A stretch of 64,000 nt of DNA from a bacterium (lineage in GTDB: Bacteria; ARS69): positions 3,387 through 67,386 of the forward strand of contig JALGZR010000019.1 in assembly GCA_025774805.1 (NCBI GenBank), written 5' to 3'. The translations under genes and the position numbers were made by a program. Of the stretch, positions 34,568-44,342 are shown piece after piece. Position 1 is the stretch's first letter. The number at the start of each line of letters is the position of its first letter. Below the pieces are notes generated by a model, which saw nothing but the letters and a program-made list of their open reading frames with translations, did not search any database and was not told the DNA's origin.

Positions 34568-36046
34568 ATGTCGAGACTCGGCCTCAGAACCAGGTTCTTC
34601 CTCTATTCCAACACGCTGATCGTCGTCACGATGACCATCGTGGCGATTATCGCCATCGCCCACGAGCGGCGCTCACGCTACGAGGCTGTCGAGCGCCGGG
34701 GACGGAGCATCTGCGAGGCGATGGCCATCCACATCACCGACGCGCTGATGTACGAGGACCTCGAGCTGCTGATGAATCGCGGGCTAATCGACAGTTTCAT
34801 CTCCGAGATCCAGATGCTCAACCAGGATTTCATGCGATACGTGATCGTGGCGGATCCCGACGGTCAGGTGACGCACTCCGACGAGTGGCAGCTGCTGGGC
34901 AAGAGCCTCGACCGGGCGCTGGGCCAGAGCGCCGTGGGCCAGGCGCCCCTGGCGGAGATCCGCGAGAGAGAGGGGGACGAGCGGGTCCTCGAGGTCAGCA
35001 GCCCACTGAGCATCTCGACCAAGTTCTGGGGCTCCTTGATCGTGGGGTTCTCCTTGCAGCAAGTTGAGGACCGGGTCCAGCAAGTTGCCTCGCGGGTCGT
35101 TCAAGTGGCCATCTTGCTGCTGGTTGGCAACTCGGCCATGACGGCCATCTACGTCGAGACCCTGATCCGGCCGATCCTCGATCTTCACCGGATGATGAAG
35201 CGTGCCGCGCGCGGGGACCTTGCAGCCCGCGCCCAGACACGGTCCAGCGCGGCGGAGGTGGGAGAGCTGGCGAAGCAGTTCAACCGCATGATGGACGATC
35301 TGGAGGAAGCCAACGAGCGGGAGAAGGTCCGACAGGCGCAGCTCGCGCACACGGAGAAGATGGCTGCCGTCGGCACACTCGCGGCCGGTGTGGCCCACGA
35401 GGTGAACAATCCCCTGGGCGGTGTCCTCGCGTGTATCGAGAACATGAGATCCAACCCCGACGATAGCGAGCTGCAGAGTCGCTATCTGGGATTGATCCGG
35501 GACGGACTCGAGCGAATCGAGCAGACAGTGGCCAACCTGCTGGATTTCTCGCGGCACGGGACCATGGAGCTGGCGCCGACCTCCGTCAACCACACGTTGC
35601 GGCACGTCACGGAGCTGGTCCAGTACCAGCTCCGCAAAGGCGGAATCGCGGTCCGCTGGGCTCTCGACCCGAAAGACCCGTACGTGATGGCCGATCACTT
35701 CCGGTTGGAGCAGCTCTTTCTCAACCTTGTGCTCAACGCGCTTCAGGCCATGCCGGAAGGAGGCGATCTGACGTTACACACGCGCCACAAGGATGGAACG
35801 GTCATCGCCGAGGTTCGCGACACGGGCGTCGGTATCCCCGATGACGTGCGGGATCGGATCTTCGATCCATTCTTCACGACCCGGGAGGTTGGCGAGGGGA
35901 CTGGGCTCGGGCTGACCGTCAGCGACACCATCGTGACCTCGCACAACGGCACGCTGGAGATGGAGAGCGTGGTCGGCGAGGGGTCGGTCTTTCGCATCAT
36001 GGTCCCGTTGCTGGGCCTGGGAGCGGAGGGAGAAGACGTAGGGTGA
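34568..36046 (+). CDS. Membrane sensor histidine kinase (periplasmic domain, HAMP, DHp, HATPase)
   Basis: Two TM helices. H-box AAGVAHEVNNPL. NLVLNALQA, DTGVGI, GTGLGL. Confidence 0.85.
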   Translation: MSRLGLRTRFFLYSNTLIVVTMTIVAIIAIAHERRSRYEAVERRGRSICEAMAIHITDALMYEDLELLMNRGLIDSFISEIQMLNQDFMRYVIVADPDGQVTHSDEWQLLGKSLDRALGQSAVGQAPLAEIREREGDERVLEVSSPLSISTKFWGSLIVGFSLQQVEDRVQQVASRVVQVAILLLVGNSAMTAIYVETLIRPILDLHRMMKRAARGDLAARAQTRSSAAEVGELAKQFNRMMDDLEEANEREKVRQAQLAHTEKMAAVGTLAAGVAHEVNNPLGGVLACIENMRSNPDDSELQSRYLGLIRDGLERIEQTVANLLDFSRHGTMELAPTSVNHTLRHVTELVQYQLRKGGIAVRWALDPKDPYVMADHFRLEQLFLNLVLNALQAMPEGGDLTLHTRHKDGTVIAEVRDTGVGIPDDVRDRIFDPFFTTREVGEGTGLGLTVSDTIVTSHNGTLEMESVVGEGSVFRIMVPLLGLGAEGEDVG

Positions 36047-37425
36047 GGAACCAAAGGCGCCGACTGCTGATCGTGGAGGACGAGCCGCTGCTCGGGGTGG
36101 CCATCGCGGATGCGCTGCGCCAGGAGGGGTGGCTCGTAGATGTTGCCGAGGACGGAATCATGGGAGAGGCGCTGTTCAAGAAACATGCCCCCGAGCTGGT
36201 CCTCGTCGACCTGGTCATGCCACAAATGGACGGGATGGAGCTGCTGCGTCGAATCAAGGCCTCGGATCCCCAGTGCACCGTCGTGATGATCACGGCTCAC
36301 GGATCCGTGGAACGGGCGGTGGAGGCCATGAGACACGGGGCGGCCGACTTCATCACCAAGCCGTTCCGGATGAACCAGCTCATCGTCCGCCTGGAGAATG
36401 TCTGCTCCATCCGCTCGCTTCGCGAGCAGAACGTGCGCCTGCAGGAGCAGCTGGAGCGCCGCTACTCCTTCTCCAAGATCGTGGGCAAGAGCAAGGAGAT
36501 GCAGCGGGTCTTCGAGCTGATCCGGGTGGTGGCCGACTCGGAAGCCAGCGTGCTGATCCACGGAGAGAGCGGGACCGGCAAGGAGATGGTGGCCAACGCC
36601 ATCCACTACAACTCGTCTCGCCGTGCGAAGCCGTATGTACGCGTGAGCTGCGCCTCGCTTCCCGAAACGCTCATCGAATCGGAGCTGTTCGGTTACGAGA
36701 AGGGGGCCTTTACCGGGGCCAGTCAGCGTCGCATCGGGCGGTTCGAGGCGGCCAGCGGGGGAAGCCTGTTCCTCGACGAGATCGGCGATCTGCCCATGAC
36801 CTTTCAGATGAAGCTGTTGCGTGTGCTCCAGGAGCGGCAGATCGAGCGGCTGGGCTCCCATCACCCCATCGATGTCGACGTGCGGGTCATCTCGGCTTCG
36901 CTGCGTCCCCTGGAGACCGAGATCGTAGAGGGTCGCTTCCGGGAGGATCTGTTGTTCCGGATCAACACCGTCACGATTCACGTTCCTCCCTTGCGGGACA
37001 GGCGCGAGGACATCCCGCTGCTGGCCCGGACCTTCCTGGAGGAGTTCGAGCGCGAGCGGGACAAGCAGATCGAGGGGTTCACCGACGAGGTCCTCGATCT
37101 CTTCGACGCCTATGGCTGGCCGGGCAACGTGCGTGAGTTGCAGAATGTCGTCGAGCGTGCGGTGCTGTTCTGCGGAGGCCCGCGCATCACCATCGAGGAG
37201 CTTCCGGCCTCCTTGCGAGGAACCGTCGCAGAGCCTCCTGACGTCCCCGAGCAGGGGGGGGTCGTCTCCCTGGTGGAGGCGGCCGCGCGGGCGGAGATCG
37301 ATGCAATCCGAGCGGCGCTGACGGCCTCCGAGGGGCGCCGGATGGAAGCGGCTCAGCTCCTGGGAATCAGCCGCAAGACCCTCTGGGAGAAGATGAAGCA
37401 CTACGCCATCTCCGTGGACAGCTGA
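36043..37425 (+). CDS. NtrC-family sigma54-dependent response regulator (REC + AAA+ + Fis-type HTH)
   Basis: LLIVEDEP..LVLVDLVMPQMDG. Walker A GESGTGKE. GAFTGA motif (ELFGYEKGAFTGA). C-terminal HTH AAQLLGISRKTLWEKMK. The GTG start overlaps the kinase stop (GTGA). Confidence 0.9.
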   Translation: MRNQRRRLLIVEDEPLLGVAIADALRQEGWLVDVAEDGIMGEALFKKHAPELVLVDLVMPQMDGMELLRRIKASDPQCTVVMITAHGSVERAVEAMRHGAADFITKPFRMNQLIVRLENVCSIRSLREQNVRLQEQLERRYSFSKIVGKSKEMQRVFELIRVVADSEASVLIHGESGTGKEMVANAIHYNSSRRAKPYVRVSCASLPETLIESELFGYEKGAFTGASQRRIGRFEAASGGSLFLDEIGDLPMTFQMKLLRVLQERQIERLGSHHPIDVDVRVISASLRPLETEIVEGRFREDLLFRINTVTIHVPPLRDRREDIPLLARTFLEEFERERDKQIEGFTDEVLDLFDAYGWPGNVRELQNVVERAVLFCGGPRITIEELPASLRGTVAEPPDVPEQGGVVSLVEAAARAEIDAIRAALTASEGRRMEAAQLLGISRKTLWEKMKHYAISVDS

Positions 37426-37520
37426 GTGCCCTCGCCCGGCGCGCGGACGGACGGAGTTGGCGGGCATTCCGTGGTCGAGGAATCAGGGGAAGGATTTGAA
37501 ACCGAAATGGGCAATCACCC

Positions 37521-37583
37521 TAGCCTGCATTTCTCACCAGGCTCGCCGCTGCCGTAGCGGAGACTGGTGAGAAATGCAGGCTA
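37521..37583. mobile_element. Family-2 palindromic miniature element, short complete copy
   Basis: TAGCCTGCATTTCTCACCAGGCTCG ... CTGGTGAGAAATGCAGGCTA. Confidence 0.6.
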
Positions 37584-37633
37584 GCCCATGGGGCGGCCGC
37601 AGGAAACAGAAGGGAAACGAGAGGAGGTGAGTC

Positions 37634-38083
37634 ATGGCCGGGGAGAAAGACATACTGATCGTGGACGACACCGAGGAAACCGTGGTCTTCATGGCACAGA
37701 TCCTCGAAGACCACGGCTTTCAGTTCCGGATCGCCAAGAACGGCAATGAAGCGATGGCGGCCATGGGCGAGAAACGGCCAGATCTGGTCCTGCTGGACGT
37801 CATGATGCCCCGCAAGAGCGGAATCAACGTATTCAACGACATGAAGAGAGATCCCCAGTTGGCCGACATTCCGATCATCATCATCACGGGAGCGGCAACG
37901 GTGACCGGAGTGAGTCTCAGGAACGGCACCCAGGAACCCAAGAAATCCTACGGAGATGATTTCGTTCGCAGCCTGGGCTCCGTGCTGTACGAGAAGCTGA
38001 AGGATCTCGAGGTGGACGATCTCCTGGAAAAGCCGATCGAACCGCAACTGCTGATCGAGAAGATCAACAGGTTGCTCGCCTAG
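37634..38083 (+). CDS. Single-domain CheY-like response regulator (paralog of 4976-5425)
   Basis: ILIVDDTEETV..PDLVLLDVMMPRKSG..IPIIIITG..LLEKP. The leader GAGGAGGTGAGTCATG matches GAGGAGTGAGTCATG at 4976. Confidence 0.9.
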   Translation: MAGEKDILIVDDTEETVVFMAQILEDHGFQFRIAKNGNEAMAAMGEKRPDLVLLDVMMPRKSGINVFNDMKRDPQLADIPIIIITGAATVTGVSLRNGTQEPKKSYGDDFVRSLGSVLYEKLKDLEVDDLLEKPIEPQLLIEKINRLLA

Positions 38084-38118
38084 AACAACTCCGCAGCTTC
38101 AGGGGGCAATCACTCCTC

Positions 38119-39642
38119 ATGACCGAGATGCCCGACAGCCGCGCACCATCGAACGAACCGGTCCCCGGTCGCGCTCCGACCATTCAGCGCCGGATTCTGG
38201 TCCGGTTGGTACCGCTGCTGATCGTGATCTTTGCCATCGTTCTGTACTGGCTCGGCACGAACCTCCAACGGACCCTGTATGCCGCAAACCTCGAGATCGC
38301 CCGGAACTCCAATCTCATGGCGGTCTACGCGGTCGAAACCTCGATGAACACGGTCGACGTCCATCAACCCTGGGATCTCATCACGCAGAGGATTCCGCGG
38401 TCCGAAGGGACGGATATCGAGATCATCGGCACGAACGGCGTCGTTTTGTTCTCGACCGTTCCGACAAAACGCGGAACCGTCTACGATCTCCGAGATCCTT
38501 CGTGCTCGGAGTGCCACCCCGGGGGATCATCACGCGCGACTTCCGAGACGACCTTCATCAGCACTCCGAGGAGCGTCCGGGAGCTCGTTTTTGCCGCACC
38601 CTTGCGAAACGCGGAAGACTGTCAGAGCTGTCATGCGGCCCAGGGAAACAAGCTCGGCATGGTCATGGTTCGGCAATCTCTGGATCCGATCGACGACCAG
38701 ATCCGCATCATCCTTGCCGGCATCGCCGTCGCCGGCGGGATCGCCCTCCTGATGACCATTCTGACGACTCGCGTTCTTCTCGGACGCTACCTGGGCCGCC
38801 CGCTCCACAGACTGTTGGCGGGCGCGGAGGCGATCGGGGCAGGCGATCTCCAGCACAGGGTCGAGTTACCCGACCGCACCGAGCTCACGTTGCTGGCCGA
38901 CACGCTCAACGAGTCCACAGAACGGTTCGCACGTCTGCACAAGGAGCTTCTGCAGCAAGAACGTCTGGCGGCCGTCGGCGAAACCGTCGCGGGGCTGGCT
39001 CACTGCCTGAAGAACCTGCTCAACGGTCTGCGCGCGGGGCAATATGTCATCGATCGAGCCGTGGAACTGGACGACGCCAAGAAACTACGTACGGGCTGGC
39101 GTGTCATGAAGAAGGGCGTCGGGCAGGTCGAGCAGCTTACCTTCGACATGCTCTACTACATCAAGGAGCGCGAACCCGAACTCAAGCCCACCAACCCCAA
39201 CCAGATTGCCATGGAGATCATCGACCTGCTGAGCGAGTCGGCCGGCGCGCAAGACGTTCATCTCCAGGCGGATCTGGACCCGGTCATCGGTTCGGTGGCG
39301 CTGGATCGGACGCTGATCTACCGGGCCCTGCTCAACCTGGTGACCAACGCCATCGACGCGTGCACGGAATCGGAGACCGGAGACCGAGTCATCTTCAGGA
39401 GCCGGATTGCCGCTCCGGACAAGATCGTCCTGACGGTCGAAGACAACGGCATCGGCATGTCCAAGGAAATCCAGTCCATGCTGTTTACACGTTTCTTCTC
39501 CACCAAGTCGGCCCGCGGAACGGGCCTGGGACTGTCGGTGGTCAAGAAGATCGCCGAGGAACACGGCGGCAGCCTGGATTTCGAATCAGAGCCGGGCAAA
39601 GGCTCAGCCTTCCACATCCACCTTCCGCTATCAGGCGGTTAG
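38119..39642 (+). CDS. Sensor histidine kinase with a two-CxxCH periplasmic domain (paralog of 5446-7458, lacking the GAF-like insert)
   Basis: CSECH (38503-38517) and CQSCH (38619-38633) between two TM helices. HAMP. H-box GLAHCLKN. HATPase boxes. Confidence 0.85.
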   Translation: MTEMPDSRAPSNEPVPGRAPTIQRRILVRLVPLLIVIFAIVLYWLGTNLQRTLYAANLEIARNSNLMAVYAVETSMNTVDVHQPWDLITQRIPRSEGTDIEIIGTNGVVLFSTVPTKRGTVYDLRDPSCSECHPGGSSRATSETTFISTPRSVRELVFAAPLRNAEDCQSCHAAQGNKLGMVMVRQSLDPIDDQIRIILAGIAVAGGIALLMTILTTRVLLGRYLGRPLHRLLAGAEAIGAGDLQHRVELPDRTELTLLADTLNESTERFARLHKELLQQERLAAVGETVAGLAHCLKNLLNGLRAGQYVIDRAVELDDAKKLRTGWRVMKKGVGQVEQLTFDMLYYIKEREPELKPTNPNQIAMEIIDLLSESAGAQDVHLQADLDPVIGSVALDRTLIYRALLNLVTNAIDACTESETGDRVIFRSRIAAPDKIVLTVEDNGIGMSKEIQSMLFTRFFSTKSARGTGLGLSVVKKIAEEHGGSLDFESEPGKGSAFHIHLPLSGG

Positions 39643-39816
39643 GGCTACTTCACCCTCTCCTTCACTCCCGCGAGTCGCATTCCCGGATCCCACGCGCTCG
39701 CGATGGCTCTGGTCTACCTGTTCGTCGAGCGCATGGGAGCCAAGGCCGATCTATCGGACGTGTCCGGGTCCGTGTTCTGGTTCCTGACCGGTGGCGATCC
39801 TCATTGCCATGATCGG

Positions 39817-41046
39817 TTACGCGATCGGGAACCCCGCCGCGTTCGGGGCGGCCCTGCTCTGCCGCTGGGTGGGGGGGTGAAGGCTCTGCCGCTTCCCATG
39901 GGCCGACGGCGGTCTCAGGTCGACTGCGGCCGATGCCAGCGACCGCCGGAGCGCCTCGTCGTCGCGAAGCCGGCGCAGCCAGTCGGCCAGCTCGCGGACC
40001 GTGCCGGCCGGGTCGTCGACGGCGATCCTGACCCCGGAGCGCTCGTCCACCATCTCCGCCGGTCCGCCCCAATCGAAGCAGACGACGGGCACGCCGCTGA
40101 GCATTGCCTCCAAGAGTCCCGACCCGCCGCTGTCCCGGAGCGCCGGGAAGACGAAAACGTCGGCACCGGAGTAGTGGGCGTCGAGCTCGTGACGGGGCAG
40201 ACGTCCCGTGAAGCGAACGTGGTCGGCAACCCCGAGACGCGCCGCTTCGCGCTTCCAGAACCCGAGGGCCGCGCCTCCTCCGACGACCGTGAACAGGTAA
40301 TCGCCGAGGTCTGCCTCGCGGAGCGCCTCGAAGACGAGCGGCATGACCCGGGTGGCGAAGCAGTTCCCGACGAAGAGCAGCCGGAATGTGCCGTCATGGT
40401 CACGCACGCGGACGACCGGTGGCCTCGCCTCGACATCGTCGGGCAGCGCGTTGGCCGGAACCACGCGACACCGGGCATGGCACCAGGCCGGAAGGAACGC
40501 GAGGGTGGTGTGGTTCGAGACGAAGACGACGTCGGCGCGCCGCAGGGATCTCTGAATGACCGGGGCCTCGAGCCACGGCCGGTTCAGGAGATGGCGCAGG
40601 CGCTCCGAATGGCGGGCCCGGCCGAGATACCGGTCGAAACCGGCGGGAACACACTCGCCGCCGGCGATCGGCCCCCACACCGAGGGAATCCCGAGCCGGT
40701 CGAGAAGGAAAGGCACGCGGAAGGTGTGGAACGTCGTGTGGTGAACCAGGGCGAAGCCCCGCTCCCGGTGGAGGCGCTCGCCGAGGCGGGCCGCCCGCAC
40801 TTGCCAGAGGACCTGCCGCAGCCACGTGCCCAGCTGGCCCCCGGGTCCGGTGATCCGCCGGTACCAGCGCGGCACGTCGACATAGTGAGCCCGGATGCCG
40901 TGCCGCGACGCGTGCCGCTCGATCTCGGCGCGGTGGATCGGGGTCGTCACCAGGTGCACCTCGAACTCGCGCGACGCCTCGCGGGCCCAGCCCCAACCCA
41001 GCCGGTACTCGCCGGTCCCTTCGGGATTGCAGGCGTAGGCGCTCAT
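39817..41046 (-). CDS. Glycosyltransferase, GT4/group-1 type
   Basis: MSAYACNPEGTGE.. N-terminus and ..GGSGLLEAMLSGVPVVCFDWGGPAEMV.. The ORF-track start at 41064 lies inside the family-2 element, so ATG 41046 is preferred. Confidence 0.75.
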   Translation of the reverse strand: MSAYACNPEGTGEYRLGWGWAREASREFEVHLVTTPIHRAEIERHASRHGIRAHYVDVPRWYRRITGPGGQLGTWLRQVLWQVRAARLGERLHRERGFALVHHTTFHTFRVPFLLDRLGIPSVWGPIAGGECVPAGFDRYLGRARHSERLRHLLNRPWLEAPVIQRSLRRADVVFVSNHTTLAFLPAWCHARCRVVPANALPDDVEARPPVVRVRDHDGTFRLLFVGNCFATRVMPLVFEALREADLGDYLFTVVGGGAALGFWKREAARLGVADHVRFTGRLPRHELDAHYSGADVFVFPALRDSGGSGLLEAMLSGVPVVCFDWGGPAEMVDERSGVRIAVDDPAGTVRELADWLRRLRDDEALRRSLASAAVDLRPPSAHGKRQSLHPPTQRQSRAAPNAAGFPIA

Positions 41047-41054
41047 CAGGATTC

Positions 41055-41234
41055 TAGCCTGCATATCTCACCAGCCTCTGCTGCGGCAGCGGCTCGCCGC
41101 GCCTGGCTTCGTCGCTGGCGCGCTTCCGCCCTGCGACGGGGCTACAGTCCCGCCTCGGGCGAAAGCACCCCATCTCCTCGCCAGACACGACGATCCTTGA
41201 GCCTCGCGACGAGCCTGGTGAGAAATGCAGGCTA
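41055..41234. mobile_element. Family-2 palindromic miniature element, long complete copy
   Basis: TAGCCTGCATATCTCACCAG ... GCCTCGCGACGAGCCTGGTGAGAAATGCAGGCTA. The interior shares CCGCTGCCGCAGCAG with the copy at 53172. Confidence 0.6.
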
Positions 41235-41250
41235 GGCTTCATGTCCGCAA

Positions 41251-42576
41251 TCACGCCCGAGCGCGGATCGTGTCGGCGGCGTCCTTTCCGTCGAGCATGG
41301 CGTCTTCCATGCCCCCGTATCCCCAGCCTCCCCACCGTCCGCCGCAGAGAATCGAGTGGTCGCGCAGGCAGCCGAGCACGTGCGCACGGGCGCGCTCGTA
41401 GTTCTGGTCGAAGATGACGTAGGCGTGGGGAATCGTGGCGAGCTCGGCGAACAGCAGTTCGTCGTCGGAGGCGAGAATGCCGATCGTCGTCATCCCGTCG
41501 AGCACGCGGCGCTTCAGACCCTCGACGTCGGCGAGCTCCGCCTCACTCAGCCCGGACATCTCGACGTAGTAGCTGCGGCACCCCTCGGGCGCGGAGCTCC
41601 GGTGCACCGCCGAGTAGGAGCCGACCCGATAGAAGATGAACTCCCTCTCCGGGACGTACAGCCAGTGGTAGTGACCGGCGTCGCTTCCCTCACCACGGAC
41701 CCCGATATCGAAGTAGTGAACCGTCGTGGCCCGCAGCTCGGAGGCGGCGTGGGTCAGGTGATCGGGCGCCGACTTCAGGATCGACACGAACGGCTTCAGC
41801 GGCATCGTGTTGACGAGCCAGTCGTAGCGCACGGTGCGGCCGTCGCCGAGGAAGGCGACACGGGCGGCCGGATCGACACCGGTCACCTCGACCCCGTAGA
41901 CGGGCCGCTCCCCGAGCGCGCCGGCGAGCGCGCGGGGAAGCGAGCCTATTCCGCCGGTGCGCGGGTAGAGAAAGCGTGCGCTGTAGCCGAGCTGCTCACG
42001 GGAGAACCCGAGCGCGCCGCGGATCACGCTCTCCGTCCCGGGACGGGGGATGAACCGCTCGGCGTACTCGGGCATCAGCTCCTCGAGACCCACTCCCAGC
42101 AACTTCTGGTTGTAAGGGATCATGAAGTGACGGGCGATGCCCTCGCCGAATTGGCGCATCACCCACTCCCGGAAGTTCTCCGGAGGGTTCGGGTCGCGTC
42201 CCAGTCCGAAATCCTCCGGGTGCCGGGCCCGGAGGAACCCCAGAACGCAGTCGAGGATGATCTCGCGCGGCAGCCCGTACGTGTTGGCCTGAAAGGGATA
42301 CCGGGTGAAGACCCGGTGGGAGAAGATCGCGGCCCGTCGCTCGTGCTCGACCATGTCGTCGCCCATGAGACGACCCACCAGCCTCTGGGTGTAGGGATTT
42401 CGAAGGTGCAACCAGTGTCCGGTTCCGTCGCACAGAAAACCGCCGGCTCGGGTCCGGGTCCGGGCCACGCCGCCCGGCTCGTCCTCGCGCTCGACCACGA
42501 GGTATTCGGAGCCGAGATGATGCGCGCAGGACAATCCGGTCAGACCGGCGCCGATGATGAGGACGGGTACCTGCAT
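41251..42576 (-). CDS. FAD-dependent oxidoreductase (amine-oxidase / UDP-galactopyranose-mutase-like fold)
   Basis: VLIIGAGLTGLSCAHHL..VVEREDEPGG dinucleotide motif. Polysaccharide gene context. Confidence 0.7.
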   Translation of the reverse strand: MQVPVLIIGAGLTGLSCAHHLGSEYLVVEREDEPGGVARTRTRAGGFLCDGTGHWLHLRNPYTQRLVGRLMGDDMVEHERRAAIFSHRVFTRYPFQANTYGLPREIILDCVLGFLRARHPEDFGLGRDPNPPENFREWVMRQFGEGIARHFMIPYNQKLLGVGLEELMPEYAERFIPRPGTESVIRGALGFSREQLGYSARFLYPRTGGIGSLPRALAGALGERPVYGVEVTGVDPAARVAFLGDGRTVRYDWLVNTMPLKPFVSILKSAPDHLTHAASELRATTVHYFDIGVRGEGSDAGHYHWLYVPEREFIFYRVGSYSAVHRSSAPEGCRSYYVEMSGLSEAELADVEGLKRRVLDGMTTIGILASDDELLFAELATIPHAYVIFDQNYERARAHVLGCLRDHSILCGGRWGGWGYGGMEDAMLDGKDAADTIRARA

Positions 42577-42599
42577 GCCCCTCGCCGTTCGGATCTCGA

Positions 42600-43373
42600 T
42601 TATCGCTTTCTGAGATTATCGGCAGCGCCCCGGAGCGCTTCATAGGCTCCTGTCGGCAGGATCGATTTCAGAGCCTCCTTGCCCGAGTATATGGAGCCGA
42701 GGAGGCCCGCGTGTCGCCCGCCGATCAGGTTCGAGAGCCTCCTCTCGTCCACGTGCCGGTTGATCGGCAGGCACTCCAGGCGGCTCGGGTTCCAGATGCG
42801 GTTGTGACCCCAGCGCATCGTCCGGACGGCGCGGAATCCGATCTCGCCCGCGATATCCGGGACCTTTCCTCCGCAGTAGCCGCCGGGGGGCGCGAACGCG
42901 ACCGGTCGCTCGCCGGTCAGCGCGGCCAGGATCTCCTGGCTCGTGAGAAGCTGATCTCGGATTTCCGCCGGCGGCAGCCGATCGAGCCGGACGTGACGGT
43001 GACTGTGATTGGCCATCAGGTGTCCGGCCCCGGCCATCTCCGTGACCTGGGCGCGGGTGAGAGACGCCGGACGATCGAGCTTCTCGGTGGGGACGAAGAA
43101 CGTCGCCCGGACCTCGTGCCGGGCCAGCATCGGGAAGACGGTCTCGTGGTGATCGGCGGTGGCGTCATCGAAGGTCAGGATGCAGGCATCGTCCGGGGGG
43201 GCGGCATCGACGGCCTCGCCGAGCGTGAGGAAGCGGTACCCCCGACTCCTCAGCAACCGGAGGTGCTCGTCCAGGCGACGCGGCGACACCGTGTAGAAGT
43301 CGGGTCTCTCGCCGGGGCAGGGGTCGAGGACCTTGTGATAGGTGAGAATCACCACCATGGGACCATATCGCAT
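42600..43373 (-). CDS. Polysaccharide deacetylase (NodB-homology) family protein
   Basis: ILTFDDATADHH..ATFFVPT..NHSHRHVRL. Confidence 0.8.
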   Translation of the reverse strand: MRYGPMVVILTYHKVLDPCPGERPDFYTVSPRRLDEHLRLLRSRGYRFLTLGEAVDAAPPDDACILTFDDATADHHETVFPMLARHEVRATFFVPTEKLDRPASLTRAQVTEMAGAGHLMANHSHRHVRLDRLPPAEIRDQLLTSQEILAALTGERPVAFAPPGGYCGGKVPDIAGEIGFRAVRTMRWGHNRIWNPSRLECLPINRHVDERRLSNLIGGRHAGLLGSIYSGKEALKSILPTGAYEALRGAADNLRKR

Positions 43374-43556
43374 GACCGGTCGTGTTCCGGCAACCTTCCA
43401 GACCGACCTCCCTCATCCCGTCTCGAGTCGGAGGAACCGGCCTCGGCTCTCCGCGGCTCGATTCCCCGGGCCGTCCGATTGCGGACAGGATCCGTCCGGA
43501 ACCGGCCGTTCACCGGTGATCCGTCGATGGGGCTGCTCGAGGCCGATCCTCTCGCG

Positions 43557-44342
43557 TTACTCGGCGACCCCGTTCAGGCTCCAGTCGTAGTCGAGGAACC
43601 GGATCTCGACGTCCTCCGCCGAGTCCAGAGCCGCCAGCGCGGGCACGTAGGGACGCACCCAGTCCTGAAGCGAGCCGTCGGACTCGAAGTCCGTCCGGTA
43701 CCAGTCGAAGATCCTCGAGAGGCGGAGCCTCCCGTCCCCGTCGGGGAAGAGGGCTCCGGCGCCGGCGAGAAAGGATGTCGTCTGCTCCTGGAGCTGAGCC
43801 TCGAGCTTTGCGCCGACAAAGGCCTCGGCGCGCAGGGGAGGACAGCTCACCGCCGCGCAGTTCAGGGCGAAGTGGATACGGGGCTCCTGGAAACGGGGCC
43901 GGATGATCTCGTTCTCGATCTCGTCGAGCGATCGCTTCTCCCCGTCGATCGTGATGAGTTCCTTCTTCCAGGGGGTCCGGATCACTCCCCCGAGATCCTT
44001 GATGCTCTTCACCGGATACCCGTCCAGGATGAGATCCAACGTCACCGCGTTGTACACGTTGATCCAGTACGCGAGCCGATCCTCCCGCGGAAGCTCGGAC
44101 GGCGCGACGTCCGCCATGCGATCGAGGTACTCCTGGAGGGCTTCGCGGTCGCTGGCGCTCGCGTGCCATGCCGTGTAGCGGACTCCCCCCGGCGTCACGT
44201 AGCGACCCAGAAGGTCATCGTAGGCGGAGTGGTCGGGCGCGGGCGCGGCGGCCCCCGCCGACACCGCCCCGTACGGTGCGAGCCCGAGCGAGGCGATCAC
44301 GAGCGAAGCAGCGATCCGCCGGCCCCGAATCCGGTCGGTCAT
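43557..44342 (-). CDS. DUF547-family protein with signal peptide
   Basis: RBS GGAGGG. ..AYWINVYNA..HFALNCAAVSCPPL... Confidence 0.75.
   Translation of the reverse strand: MTDRIRGRRIAASLVIASLGLAPYGAVSAGAAAPAPDHSAYDDLLGRYVTPGGVRYTAWHASASDREALQEYLDRMADVAPSELPREDRLAYWINVYNAVTLDLILDGYPVKSIKDLGGVIRTPWKKELITIDGEKRSLDEIENEIIRPRFQEPRIHFALNCAAVSCPPLRAEAFVGAKLEAQLQEQTTSFLAGAGALFPDGDGRLRLSRIFDWYRTDFESDGSLQDWVRPYVPALAALDSAEDVEIRFLDYDWSLNGVAE

Noticed and set aside
39703-41235. 510-aa plus-strand ORF opposite the glycosyltransferase
   Set aside because: It runs through the family-2 element and has no recognisable domains. The minus-strand product has GT4 motifs.
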